Source of the DNA: the human T2T-CHM13v2.0 reference genome, Homo sapiens
Length of the DNA: 64,000 nucleotides
Strand: one strand, 5' to 3'
Assembly (NCBI RefSeq): GCF_009914755.1
Contig: NC_060930.1
Below the pieces are notes generated by a model. The model ran no database searches. It saw only the letters and a list, made by a program, of their open reading frames with translations, and had not been told where the DNA came from. This document shows positions 15,738-36,262 of this stretch, piece after piece (the stretch's first letter is position 1; each line of letters starts with the position of its first letter). Position numbers and translations under genes: made by a program.

Positions 15738-16302
15738 CCACTCACTTCATATTAAAAGAGTTAATCATATCTGTACACACTTAGACAATGCTAAACCAAT
15801 TACTCATTATTTGCCTTAGGAAGGAAGTCTGGTTGTGCTGTAGTGCATGGTTAGGCTGCTTTTCAAAGTCCAGTTGGTAGGATGCTGAGCAAAACCTTGC
15901 CAGAACTCAGAACTGTGAACTTTACCATGACTCTCCAAGTGATCAGTATGTAATGTGCTATCTAATAACACCTTTTTGAAAATCTAAAACCCATCTTCTT
16001 TCATCTCTGTATGGTTTTCTATTTTTTCATATGATATTTTTATAGTTAGTAATTGTAACTAATACTAAATGATTTTACAATTTTTTAATTTTTTTATTAT
16101 TATACTTTAAGTTCCAGGGTACATGTGCACAACGTGCAGGTTTGTTACATATGTATACATGCGCCATGTTGGTGTGCTGCATCCATTAACTCAACATTTA
16201 CATTAGGTATATCTCCTAATGCTATCCGTCCCCCCTCCCTCCACCCCATGACAGGCCCCAGTGTGTGATGTTCCCCTTCTTGTGTCCAAGTGTTCTCATT
16301 GT

Positions 16303-20109
<3,807 letters not shown>

Positions 20110-20387
20110 TATGATGTTAGCTGGTGATTTTGCTCGTTAGTTGATGCAGTTTCTTCCTAGCATGAATGGTCTTTACAATTTGGCATGTTTTTGCAGTGGC
20201 TGGTACTGGTTGTTCCTTTCCATGTTTAGTGCTTCCTTCAGGAGCTCTTTCAGGGCAGCCCTGGTGGTGACAAAATCTCTCAGCATTTGCTTCTCTGTAA
20301 AGTATTTTATTTCTCCTTCACTTATGAAGCTTAGTTTGGCTGGATATGAAATTCTGGGTTGAAAATTCTTTTCTTTAAGAATGTTGA

Positions 20388-20706
<319 letters not shown>

Positions 20707-21002
20707 ATGTTGAACATTGGCCCCCACTCTCTTCTGGCTTGTAGAGTTTCTGCCGAGAGATCTGCTGTTAGTCTGATGGGCTTCCCTTTGTTATTTTACA
20801 ATGTTTTACATCACTGTATATTTTTGTATTATCAGGACAATGGCCTCATAAATTTTCTTAAAATTTTTTTTTCTTTTAGACAGAGATCACCAAAATCTCT
20901 GAGAAATGTTGATTTTGGTACTTGGTTTTATTAGGAAGTTCAAGACAAGATATAAAATATGTAAGACTGTGTTTTACAAATGATGCTTTAAAACATATAT
21001 AG

Positions 21003-21142
21003 GGCTAGGAGTGGTGGCTCATGGCTGTAATCCCAGCACTTTGGGAAGCTAAGGTGGGAGGATCGCTTGAGACCAGGAGTTTGAGACCAGCCTAGACAAC
21101 CAAGCAAGACCTTAGATTAAAAAACAAAAGAAAGAAAAGAAA
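21003..21142 (+). mobile_element. Alu monomer (FLAM-like)
   Basis: Single left arm plus A-rich tail. Confidence 0.75.
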
Positions 21143-21228
21143 TGGTATATAGGATTCATGTAGACTAATAAGTAAATATATCTAAAAGAAAAAAATGTAG
21201 TTAATAATGAGTAAAAGAAAAAGCTGCG

Positions 21229-21621
<393 letters not shown>

Positions 21622-21649
21622 TCAAATAAATCTGCAATAGAAAGACGTA

Positions 21650-22350
21650 TACTCTGAGTTCTTTTAAGTGTAATCTCCATGAGAACAAGGATCTGGTCTG
21701 CCTTATTTACTATTGTGTCATGGGTACAAAGTAACTACTTAGTAAATATTTATTGAAGTAGTTGTAATCCTGTGCAGTTATCTTTCCCTCTATCTCAGTT
21801 TCTCATCTGTAAATTCTTTCATTTTACCAATTTTTGTTGAGTACCTGCCATGGACCAGGTACTGTTCTAGGCACTGAACATGGAGCAGAGAATGGAACAT
21901 ACCAGGGTCTTGACGTCCTGGAGCACAGATTTTAGAATGTGAGGCAAATAAGCAAAAACAGACTTATTAATAAATGTATATAATGTGACGTCAGGTAGTG
22001 ATAAATGCTGTGAAGAAAATTATAGCAGTGTAAGGGGACAGAGTAATAGTTGGACTGTTTTAGATTAAGTAATCAGGAAATGCCTGAAGAGATGACATCT
22101 GAGCAGAGACATGAATGACGTAAGGGAACAAGCCTTGTAAAGATCTGGGGGAAGTGATTTTTATTCAAAAGGAAAACCTGTGCAAAGATTCCGAGGCATT
22201 AATGAATTGAGCATGTTTGAGGAGTGGCAGGCCAGCCAGTATGACTGAGTGAATTGATTGATGAGAAGAGAGGTCCAAGATTAGGGCTGAGAAATTGGCA
22301 GGGTCATGTAGACCATGGTTTATGAAGTTTGATTTTATTCTTGGTGAGAT
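21650..22350. mobile_element. L2/MIR fragments
   Basis: ttgagtacctgccatggaccaggtactgttctaggcactg; gtgataaatgctgtgaagaaaa; ctcagtttctcatctgtaaa. Confidence 0.65.
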
Positions 22351-22352
22351 GG

Positions 22353-22680
22353 TGTCTTAGTCTACTTTGTGCTACTATGAAAGAATACCACCGATTAGGT
22401 AATTTATGATGAAAAAAATTTTTATTGGCCCACAGTTTTGTAGGCTGGGAAGTCCAAGATCAAGGGGCAGGCATCTGGCAAGTGCCCTCTTGATGTGTCA
22501 TGGTGGGAGAGCAAAGGGAGGAAAGGATACCAAACTTGTCCTTTTACAAGGAACCCATTCCTGTAATAATGAGCCCATTTCCAGGATAATAACATTAATC
22601 CATTCATAAGGACAGTGCCCCCATGACCCAAATACTTCCTATTAGGCCCTGCTTTCCAGTACTGCTTCATTGAAGATCAA
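22353..22680 (+). mobile_element. MaLR LTR (MST/MLT1A-like)
   Basis: tgtcttagtctactttgtgctact...gggaagtccaagatcaagggg...ccccatgacccaaatacttcctattaggccc. Confidence 0.75.
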
Positions 22681-23452
22681 TTTTCTTATGTTTTGTTTCT
22701 TTAAGGAATGAGTCCTTTTTATGTAAGCTGTGGAATGCTTTGGCATAAAATTGTTTATTATATTCCTTTATGTCCTCTTAATGACTACAAGATACATACC
22801 AATATTCCCTTTTTTCATTGCTGATAATGGCTGTTGATTTCTTCTCTCTTGTTTCTTGATCATTCTAACTAGGAGTTTATTCATTTTTTAAAAATCCTTT
22901 CTAGCCAATTTTTGGCTTTGTTAATTTTTTTATATTGTTTTCTATTTCATTGGTTTCTTCTCTTGATTACTTAATTTACTTTATTTACTTTTGGTTTATT
23001 TTTCTCTTTTTGTGGCTTCTTTAGGTAAAAACTTAGACCATTGATTTTTAAACCTTCTTTTCTAACATAAACAGATAAAGTTTTAAATTTTCCTCTAAAC
23101 ACTGCTTTAGCTGCATTTCACAAATCTTAATTTATTTTTTCATTTTTATTTTCCTTGTGATTTCTTCTTTGATCTAAGTGTTATTTAAAAATATATTGTA
23201 TTATTAATATTTTGGAATTTCTATATGTCTTATTTATTTCTAACTTAATTCTCTTGTGGTCAGAAAACATATTCTGTAAGATTTCCACTTTGTGAAATTT
23301 ATTGACTTTTTTTGTCCCAAGATAGGTTCTATCCTAGACAGTGGCTCATGTGCACCTGAAAAGAATGAATATTCAGAAGATGTTGAGTGCATGGTTCTAT
23401 AGTGTTAATTAGATAATGGTGGTCGATAGTGTAGCCCAAATCTATGTCTTAT

Positions 23453-23454
<2 letters not shown>

Positions 23455-23484
<30 letters not shown>
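23455..23484. repeat. (TG)n microsatellite
   Basis: About 15 units. Confidence 0.95.
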
Positions 23485-23485
<1 letters not shown>

Positions 23486-23738
23486 ACGTGCTCATAAACT
23501 TACTTGTTACTGGAAAGGAATGTTAAATTTCAACTGATTGTGGATTTCTCTATTTCTTCTTTGAGTGCTAACATTGTTTGCTTCATGTGCTTTGAAACCA
23601 CATTAACAGCAGATTCGTTGCTTTCATATTGGGCATATTATGTCTTCCTGATGAATTGACCCTTTATGTTTATGAAATGTCCCACCTCCCTTGTAATATC
23701 TATTACTTTGAAGTATCCTTTGTCTGACAGTGATATAG

Positions 23739-24123
<385 letters not shown>

Positions 24124-25442
24124 ACTGTTTGTTTCCTTTTAATTTCAACATATCTGTGACTTATATTTAAAATATGTCTCCTGCAGTCAAGATGTAATTA
24201 GTGTGTGTTTTTTAAAATCAAACCTGATGATCTCTGCCTTTTAATTGGGATTTGAGACCATTTGTACTTAATGTAATTATTGATATGGTTAGATGCAGGT
24301 CTGCCATTTTGCTCTCAGTTTTCTGTTTTTCTCATTTGGTTTTGTTTGTATTTGTTTTCTGCCATCTTTTTGGTTAATACTGTTTCATTTGCTATAAAAT
24401 GTAACAATGCTACCAAAATTTAATTCCATTCACCACCACCCTGGTGTCATTCTCTGTGCTATTATGTCATACATTTTTTATTTTGACATAATTTATAAGT
24501 CCCACAATTCAGTGTTATTACTTTTGCTTTAAATAGTGTTTCCTGTACACATCTCTCATTTCTAGTTTTATTTATTACTTTCTGTAGATCTATCTTTATC
24601 CCCATTTCACCTTGCTCTTATGGACAAAATGTCTTGGAGACATTAGGGGATAATGAAAATAAAGGTGAAATTATAGTTACCGGAATGGGACTGACTAATT
24701 CTGTGGAGGGAGTGGGAGAGTGACAACCTGAAACCTGGAAAGCAATCAGCTTAGTCCTAGGAGCTCTGAGGAATGGAGGGACATTCATCACCTTTTGTCC
24801 TGTCCCCATGCCCCAGGGGACTTCTTGCCACTTTGGGGTGCCCCCCATGGGGGAAACACACACCCGGGGTGCAAGCCAGTGAGTTTCCATGTGGTTACAT
24901 TTTTCTTGAACCTGAACAACTTTTTTTTTTTTTTTTTTAGCATTGCTTCTTGCTGCTGGCCAAAAATTCACTCAGATATCTTTATTTTGACCTAATTTTT
25001 AAAAGGTATTTTTAATAGATTTAGAATTCTCAATTGAAAGGGTTTTTTTTAAACTACTTGTCAACTGGTCTTCATTATTTCTGAGAGGATGTTATATATA
25101 ATTCATTTATTTGTTCCATAGTGTAAAATGTATCTTTTTTCTTATTCCTTTATTTGGGCTTTAAGTAGCTGAATTATGATGCACCAAAGTGTGGGATTTT
25201 GGGGGATTTATTTGTATTTATTGTGTTTCGGTTTCTCTGAGCTTTTTGGATTTGTTGATCCACAATGTTTTTCATAAAACTGGGGAAATTTTTGGCCATC
25301 ATTTCTTCGTGTGTTTTTTATTCTGCTTCGTTCTCTCTTCTTCATCTGAGATTCTAATTACATATATGTATATATCAGACCATTTCATATTGTCCCTCGT
25401 GTCACTATGAATAACAGTATCTTAAACATATTTAGAACTGTA

Positions 25443-26865
<1,423 letters not shown>

Positions 26866-29857
26866 ATGCCTTTATGGCTCACTGAGATCCTGCTGTGCTT
26901 GTGTTTCATTGTCTTCTTGCCCCTTAGTCCCAAAAGTCTACCCAGGCAGAAAGCTGGGGCAAACATCTGGGCTTACTTTGAGTGTTTCCATTCTATCAAG
27001 CGCTACAGTTTTTTACTACTTATTGTCCTATCCAGTGACAATAAACAGTTGCGTCTTATATCTTTCCCATTGTTATAGCTGTAGACCACAGAAGAGTAAG
27101 TCTAATAAGTCTATCATATTCAGAAGCCCACTGAACCTATATACAGTATTCATAACTTTTTTTGTAATGCAGAGATAAAATATCTATACTATAAAAATTA
27201 CATGTAGAAATTTATTTTGGGGTTGCATGTTGTTTTACAGCCTAACTGTGGTACCATTTCCAGAGATAATTTCTTTATAACCTCTTGTATTAGTTTTTGT
27301 TTTCCAATCCATCAGCTATTCCCCATCACCTATTAAAGGATCTGGTCTCTAAGGTCTTTTTATATACGTGACACTGAATTTATGTCTCAGCATGAGGTTG
27401 AATTAAAATATATGTGGCATGTTTTCTGCTACACATCATCACTATCATCTGCCATCTGACAGCATAGGAAATTATTTGGCTCCTACACTTATACCTAACA
27501 TGCAGCTCATTTGAAGAGTGTTGTATTTCTCATTTTTGCAGTGTTGAGTGTTTAATTTGCCTTGACATGTTATGCTGCTTCAATCAAGGTGATTTTTCTT
27601 CCTCTTTCTGTATATGTATATTACTCAGTATAATTTTTATCTTAGTATCCCCGTGTACCTCTTCTTTCATTTCTTTTACTTGTATGGAATGGCTTAAAGC
27701 CAATTTATTTATCATAGACAAGTACAAGCATTGATATTTTATTGTATTATTGTGTAGTTTTACCACTATATTTTAAAATTGAAGTATGTATTAGTTTACT
27801 ATAAATTACTTTTTTCTATATATTATGGTTAAGGAATATAGATAGTTTAAATTATATGTATATAGAGATTACATTACTTTAAGTTTATTTCAGTATAAGA
27901 ATAGGGGCATTACAAAAATACTTAGTATAAAAAGGAAATATTGACCTAGTAGTGTTAAGAAGTGTTGCTTTAAACAAGTTAAAACATACTTATTTTATAG
28001 TCTGAATCTGAGCAATTCAATATCTGAACGTTTTGGATCTAATTCTACTGGCTGTATGCAGCTCATGGTCCCTTATTTATTTAATTATTTTGTCTTTTAT
28101 GATTTTTTTAACCAGAAATTCATATTTCTTGAACTTTTGTCTACAGGAATTTTTTGACTCCTGGCTTGATGGTGCATTTTCTCTGAGGAGGGTATGTGTT
28201 TATTTTATCATGTTCCTAGAGGTACTTGTACCAACTGGGAACCATTTAAAAAGAAATTCTCAGCTTGAGTTGTAGCCCCACATGAGCTGCAACACCATAT
28301 AGCATCTGGCTTGTGATATCAGTTCTCAAGGGGGAGATCGTTTTCTCTTCCTCCCACCACATAGTTGGGAGCAGAAAAGTTATCTTGCCTTTTCCCTTCT
28401 TTGAGGTAACTACTTTTCATTGGTCTTTACATTCTGAGTATAATTTTGGGCAGGGTTTCCAGCTTTCTGTGGGACAGGATCTCCTGTTAGACTCCTAATT
28501 CTGGACAGATCTTAGGCTTTGTTTTCTAACTCCTCTGCTGCATCAACCAGTTTACAAGATGAAAGCTTCAGATTGTTGCTAGTGTTCTGTAGATGTCTCC
28601 AGAATGAGAGGCTATTTCAGTGCTCCACTGACCTCCCTAGTTTTCTGCTTTCACTTTGTTTTTGGCTTCTAAGCATCACTGACTTTTCAGTGCCATCAGC
28701 AAAGCAGTTCAAAGGATGCTTTAGAATATTTTTCCAGCATTTTTAGTTGTTTTTCAGTGGTATGGTTGTTCAGAATATTTTATATGCTACTTTGAAGGAA
28801 ATGAAGTGTATTTTTGTATGTAATGTAATTATGTTATATATAATGTCATTTTAATGTATGGTTGTTGCTTTTTAAAATTTGCACTTTTGCTCCTGTGGGT
28901 ATTTTAAAGGTATTTGTGCCATTTTTCTTTCTCTTTTTGTGAATTACCTGTTCACGTCCATTGTCTGTTTTTCTATTGGACTCTGGTGATTTTCAAAAGA
29001 ATATATAGTACATGGCTTTGGAAAGGGCTGCTTTTCTGAGGAAATGAGTCCCCTAGGAAGATCTGTTTCCTAAGATATGCTTGTCAGACTTTGAGGAAGT
29101 TTGATACTGGCGCTATGGTTTAATTTTAGTTCCTTAATTCTTTTGTATTCGTTTTATGTTCTATCTGTGGCCTCTTACTATCTCCTACTTGCTAAATCCA
29201 GCAGTCTATTTTAATACCTCATCTTGTTTGATCTATTAGCCCCTTTCTTGAATGCGAAACTGTATGTTGTGTGTGTGTGTGTATATATATATGTATTTTT
29301 TTTTTAAACTAGGGAGAAGTATCTCTTTTCTTGTCTTCCTTCTACTTTTCTGGCTGTTCCTTCTTAGAAAGCCTAACTGGTTCCTCCACCTGAAAGTTAT
29401 TAAATAGTGGATTTCCTGAAAGCTTTGGCTGCAGTTCTTGTTTCACTCTTCACATTTTGCTAGGTGACCTCTGAGCTTTAGCTACTGTCTGTTCTTTCAG
29501 TGATGTCTCCCAAGTCTGTGACTTCAACCTTAGCATCTCTTCAAGTTTCAGACTCGCTGTGTCTCCAGAGATGCACATCCACATGTGGTTAACTTGTAGT
29601 TTTTCCATTACTATTTTATTGAAAAATCATTATAGTGGTAAGTGAAGCTTAGTAAGATTTGACAAAAAATTGATTAGATAAAGGGAAATTGAACTGTGCA
29701 GTAGTTTTGCCCAAAAGATGAAGCTTCTGCCATAGAGTTACATTATAGCTCAGTGGGTGCCCGTTACTCTGAAATATTACTAAAATGTATGACAATACTA
29801 TTTGGCCCAAAAAGTATGGCAAATAGGAATTCATGTTTTTATTGCATTTGACACTAG

Positions 29858-30305
<448 letters not shown>

Positions 30306-30326
30306 TGAAGGTGACTGATTTGCTAA

Positions 30327-30503
<177 letters not shown>

Positions 30504-32165
30504 CTATAATTAATTTTTTGTTTGTTCGTTTCATTTATATTATCCACAGTAATATAAATAGGGTCACAGTGGTTGGTGACTGAGTGGTATGAGCAGACTG
30601 ATAGATGCACCTGGAGTATCAGTTACAGTGACCGATCTGTGACATGGCATGAAGGCTAGAGATCAGGAATCTACTCCCAAATAGACAGGAAGCTGAGATG
30701 ACTTCATGGGTTTAGGAGAGTTGACTTCCAGTAAGCATGATGTTTTAAAGCCCAAAATATAGTGACTTTTTCAATAGTGCTTTTTCCATTTCTTTGAGCC
30801 AACCAGGTATTATACCAGTAAACACTGTGAATGCAATGATAAATGTAGAACTTATTGGAAGAGATTTGGAAACTAGGGTTGGGTCAAAATGACCTTGAAG
30901 AGATGAGTTGAGTTTGAGATTACAAGAAAACATAAAAGTGGGAATAATTTGTGAGTGATCAGAGTAAAGAAAGTAGTTTGTATATAGGAAGTTGATTAAT
31001 TTTTCAAAAGGGAGTTGGTAGACAAATATAAGTATAGATCTTGGTGACTCTAGAAAGGTACTGAGAACAAGATAGGAAAATTATATCAGTAAGGTAGAAA
31101 GAAAACCACTTTAATATTCTGAAAACCAGATGAAAGAACAGTCCCTAGAATATAGGAATAGTCAGCAAATTCCCAGTACTTAAAACTGTACTACACAAAG
31201 ATAGTCTACTTTATCATTTCCTTTATCTGCAAATTTTCTGATAGAATTTATATGAACTAAGTTACCCTGCAATTTGATTTTTAGGGACTCCAAGGGGTGA
31301 AGCAGAAAAATATTAAATATTTAGACAGTGAACTACATACAGGAAGAAATGCATGGCATCTGCAACAAAGCAAATTAATTTACTAATATCTAATCAAAAT
31401 GGAACAGTAGGAGATGGTCAAGAAAATTCCAGTATAAAAGGAATGGAAAATAGAAATTAATTATAGAGCATTCATAAGATATATATATTGTATCATTATT
31501 GGGCTATTTAGTTTGATCTCTTTAGCATTCTTGTAAAGAGAAAAATATTTTAAGCTTCTTCTGCTATTTATTTTTGCTCTCGCTCCCCCCACCCCCACCC
31601 CCCAGTTCATGAGGGCTTCAATTCATCTACCATGAATTGTCTTAACACTAGTGGAGAAATTTCACCTACCATTTATATATGGAGCTTTATAATTAACAAA
31701 ACATTTTAAAATATGTATCTCATTTAAGACCAACAGCAACCAAATGAAGTAAGTGGAAATTATGTTCATCTTCAAAAATGAATTCTTGAAGTATGAAGCT
31801 TACTTATAGATGAGGAAACCCAGAGAGATTAGGTGGTTTTATCATGGACCACCATCTGAGTTACAGGCTGAAATCCTGGATTCCCTTTTTTATTAGATTT
31901 GAGGTCATGAACAATGTGTACATAAACTTTGAAACTTAGGGGTTTTTTTTTCTACTGTAAGATGAAAGTTTTAAAAATATTACATTGTAAAATATATTTA
32001 ATATTCTGCTCAGTAGTCTTCGTTTCCATTTTCTTTTCCAAGCCAGCCAACTTGCCTTCCTAAACATGTCCTCTACTTTTCTACTTCGGTGTTATACTCA
32101 GGCCATTTATTTGCCTGGCATATTTTCTTTCCCATCTCTGCATCTATTTAAACCTTACTCATTTT

Positions 32166-32272
32166 TATTTTTATTCTAATGTATTTATTTATTTTAGACG
32201 GAATATTTTCTTAAATGGTACTGCTCCTTGCGGAGCAGGGCTGACTCTGAGGCAGGGCTCTCAGAGTCAGCC
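32166..32272 (-). mobile_element. Short L1-mobilised retrocopy of a double-hairpin RNA (source uncertain, possibly an ERVL LTR R-region)
   Basis: Perfect 17-bp TSD taaaccttactcatttt (32149-32165 and 32273-32289), degenerate A-tail, canonical TTTT/AA target, 13-bp and 7-bp stems. Confidence 0.8.
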
Positions 32273-33286
32273 TAAACCTTACTCATTTTAAAATAACTTT
32301 TAAGTACTATGTTGCAGCCAGGCCAACTCCTTTACAAAGTCATCCCTCTCGCTCTCAGTAATTGTGATTGTGTCATTGTTCTGTTTTGTTTTGTTTTTGA
32401 TTATGTCATTTTTGGAAAAGACATAACACTTTCTATCTTACAGCATTTAACAAAATCTACATTTTATTAGCCATTGCTATACCAGGAAGAACAGTCGTCA
32501 GCAACAGTTACCATTTGACCCCAATGGACTGTTTTAAAATATATTTTTAAGTGATATTACAAATAATTTAGAAATATATAAATCAAATCCTGCTTTAAAA
32601 ACTGCATTGGAAATTAGCAAGAATTTAACAAACTCAAATGTTTCTTGCATGTGTTTCTGGTATGAAGATACTAATTTTCATAATGGGTGATTTCCGTTGA
32701 ATGCAAGTAATTCTGCATGAATGATCCTGGAACATACCTATTTTGGAAATACTGATTCAGTTTTCAAATACGTTTCTAAGAGGTTCCAGCTTATTGTTCT
32801 TGGTGGTTCTTGCATTTACATCCTCAAAATGAAATACTTTTGAAAGTTTTCAGGGCTCGTAATTTTGTTAGAAGGTGGTCATTTTCTTTAGCCTATGACA
32901 AAACATTTTCATTTTTAGACATTGATTAGAATGATCAATTTGATTGATTTTTTTCATTTCTATGTTATTTCCTTTCAGTCAGTGCCTTAAGCATTTGTCC
33001 ACTTATGAGCCATATTTCTTATGTATGGTTTCTTATGTAAATTTCTTAGTACAAACCTCATAAAAGGTAAAATACTGTCACGTGTTCTTTTAGTAAAAAT
33101 TTTTGTCCAAAAATGTTGCATGATGACATCCTGTAGAATGACTAACTGGGTAACAAATTTCCTTTTTGTCCTTAGAAATAATATTGTTTACTCATTGATT
33201 CAGTGAATATTTATTTATTTGTCTTATATAAAGGCTCATACTCTGAGATTTAGTTTATACAATTACATCATTATAATTAGAGTCTA

Positions 33287-33918
<632 letters not shown>

Positions 33919-34265
33919 ATTTTTTTTTTTTTCAGAATTCTATTTTTCAATACGTCTTATTAAATATAATAGTTATAATAATTATTATATTATAATTATT
34001 TTATCTTTTAGTGTAGTTGGAAATAGGTCCCAATACTATGAAAGATCAAAATGTTTCAAGATATAGGAAAAACAAAAGCACTGAGAAGAAACAAAAAAAC
34101 TAAAATTGGGTCCAATAATTCAGTGTTAAAGCTAGTTGGTGAAATAGAAGACTCTGTGCCTAAAAGTGCTTATAAATGTTTCTTGCATCTTATGTAGTGG
34201 CTCTGTGGTGCATATTTACTGTATGTTAAAGGATAATTTTCAAAAAAGGCAGCATTATGATTTTT

Positions 34266-34405
34266 ATGCAAATATCAGATGAATAAGTGTTAAAGAATTT
34301 ATTGAACACAGTTAAGTGAGAGAACCAAATGTTGTAACTTGTTCAAAGGAGAATCAAAGAATAGACATATTTGTAGATCAGGTATATTGACATGAATATG
34401 CAAAT
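34266..34405 (+). promoter_or_regulatory. POU octamer cluster (candidate enhancer)
   Basis: ATGCAAAT at 34266-34273 and 34398-34405. The second lies within CATGAATATGCAAAT (MORE-type or IgH heptamer-octamer-like). Repeat-free context. Confidence 0.45.
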
Positions 34406-35957
34406 GAAGCCAAAACTGGCTTTTTCCACAGTGGGGAAGGGAAATCAGTTGACTCTCCACTCTCCAGGATAGAATTTGCCCCTCTGTAAAGAAAAATGAT
34501 GTTGTATTTCTATCAGTTATCAGTCATGGAAAGAGCTATAAAATAACCCTCTTAGAATCAGAATCAGATAATCCAGAAGCTGGGTTCCAGATGTTTTCCA
34601 CTGAAGCACAGCTTTCCCCCGCACATATATTGCATTCATTCAAATTACATGTCAAACACATAAAGAGAACTTTACATTCAGAGTGGTAAATAGCACTGCC
34701 ATTTGTAGCTATTGTATTTTTAAATGTTTATTTTCTGAAATAAATATATTTTTTGAATAAAAGGCTCAAGTATTGCCCAAACAAATTTACCTCCTTTTAC
34801 CACACCAGTCAGGGTATCATTCAATATTTTTTAAAGAAAAATCTAGAAAAAAATATTTAGTGTCTTTGTTTCTCTTGTTCCACTAAGAGAATAAGCCAAG
34901 TTCTTCATGGAAAGTTCCTCCAGCCAAATCTAGAGGGTGACCAAAGGAGATGAAAACTCATCATTCAAATACTTAAGGAACTGTACTCATAATAAAGCGA
35001 TTTTTTTGGCTTACAGAATATGTGCAAATAAATCTGTTAACATGTAGAATCTAGCCCTAATGATTAGAAGTTATTAAGAGTATTTGGACTTGTATAAACA
35101 ATCTGGTTCTATCTGGGGATTCTCCAGGGATTCAACGGCTCTTCCCATACTTACCTTCAGATTTTACCTCCACCAGTGGCTGTGTATTCACAGGGTCACA
35201 GCCTCGAAATGTTCAAATAGGAAGACAAGATCCCTTAAGGGATCAGTGATCAGAGAAAAGATCTGTAGGGATGTCTTAGCAGCTTGACCATCAGGCTTTA
35301 GTCATAAAAAGATTATGACATGAAGGGCACCCTCAGTCAGCAAGGAGGAGGAAAGGAAGTAGCCATGAGGCCAAGAACACCATACAAGACTTTATCTTGA
35401 GCTCTAATTTTTAAGGTAAGACCTACACAAGAGAAGATAATATCACAGTTTACAGAGGTTATCTGAACATGGTAGCAATTTTCCTTGTTCAGTTTTTACT
35501 TACGTACATGGTGAACAGTTGAAGAACTGCTGATTCTTGGCAAAAGGCAATATATAGTCTGTCACTGGAAGACCAGTTGGGCCAGAGGGAGAAATGGACA
35601 GAGGTCATTTACTTCTCATTTATACTTCATCGTTTTCCTCAGCGGTAGCTGGTGCTGGAATGGGAGACCAAACTTATCGATCATTAGAAGCCTTTCCTTT
35701 CTGACTTGAGCAAAATGGTTTTAATTCCTTCTCATTGCTGTGTAGCTGTCAAGACAGGTGATGGCTTGGGACAGTCTTCTTTTGGCTCTTGCACATGAAT
35801 TTGTACTGAGAACACATTTTGGTTAAATCATACCAGGCACTGTGTTCTAAGACCACTGGCCCTCTATAAATGCTTTTAATGCTATTCATATAAACATTGT
35901 CAAAATGGAAAGATGATTAATATTTCTTACTAATTCAATAATGTAATAATAATGCAG

Positions 35958-36262
<305 letters not shown>

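Noticed and set aside
32221-32272. Pre-miRNA, snoRNA or tRNA-derived call for the double hairpin
   Set aside because: Stems are too short for a Drosha substrate, and there are no C/D or H/ACA boxes, cloverleaf or clear A/B boxes. Kept only as an unidentified retrocopy.
35155-35262. Minus-strand 108-nt exon with a strong donor (AAG|GTAAGT)
   Set aside because: Weak acceptor tract and stops in all three frames. No other antisense exons are visible, so it is unsupported, although an antisense lncRNA exon cannot be excluded.
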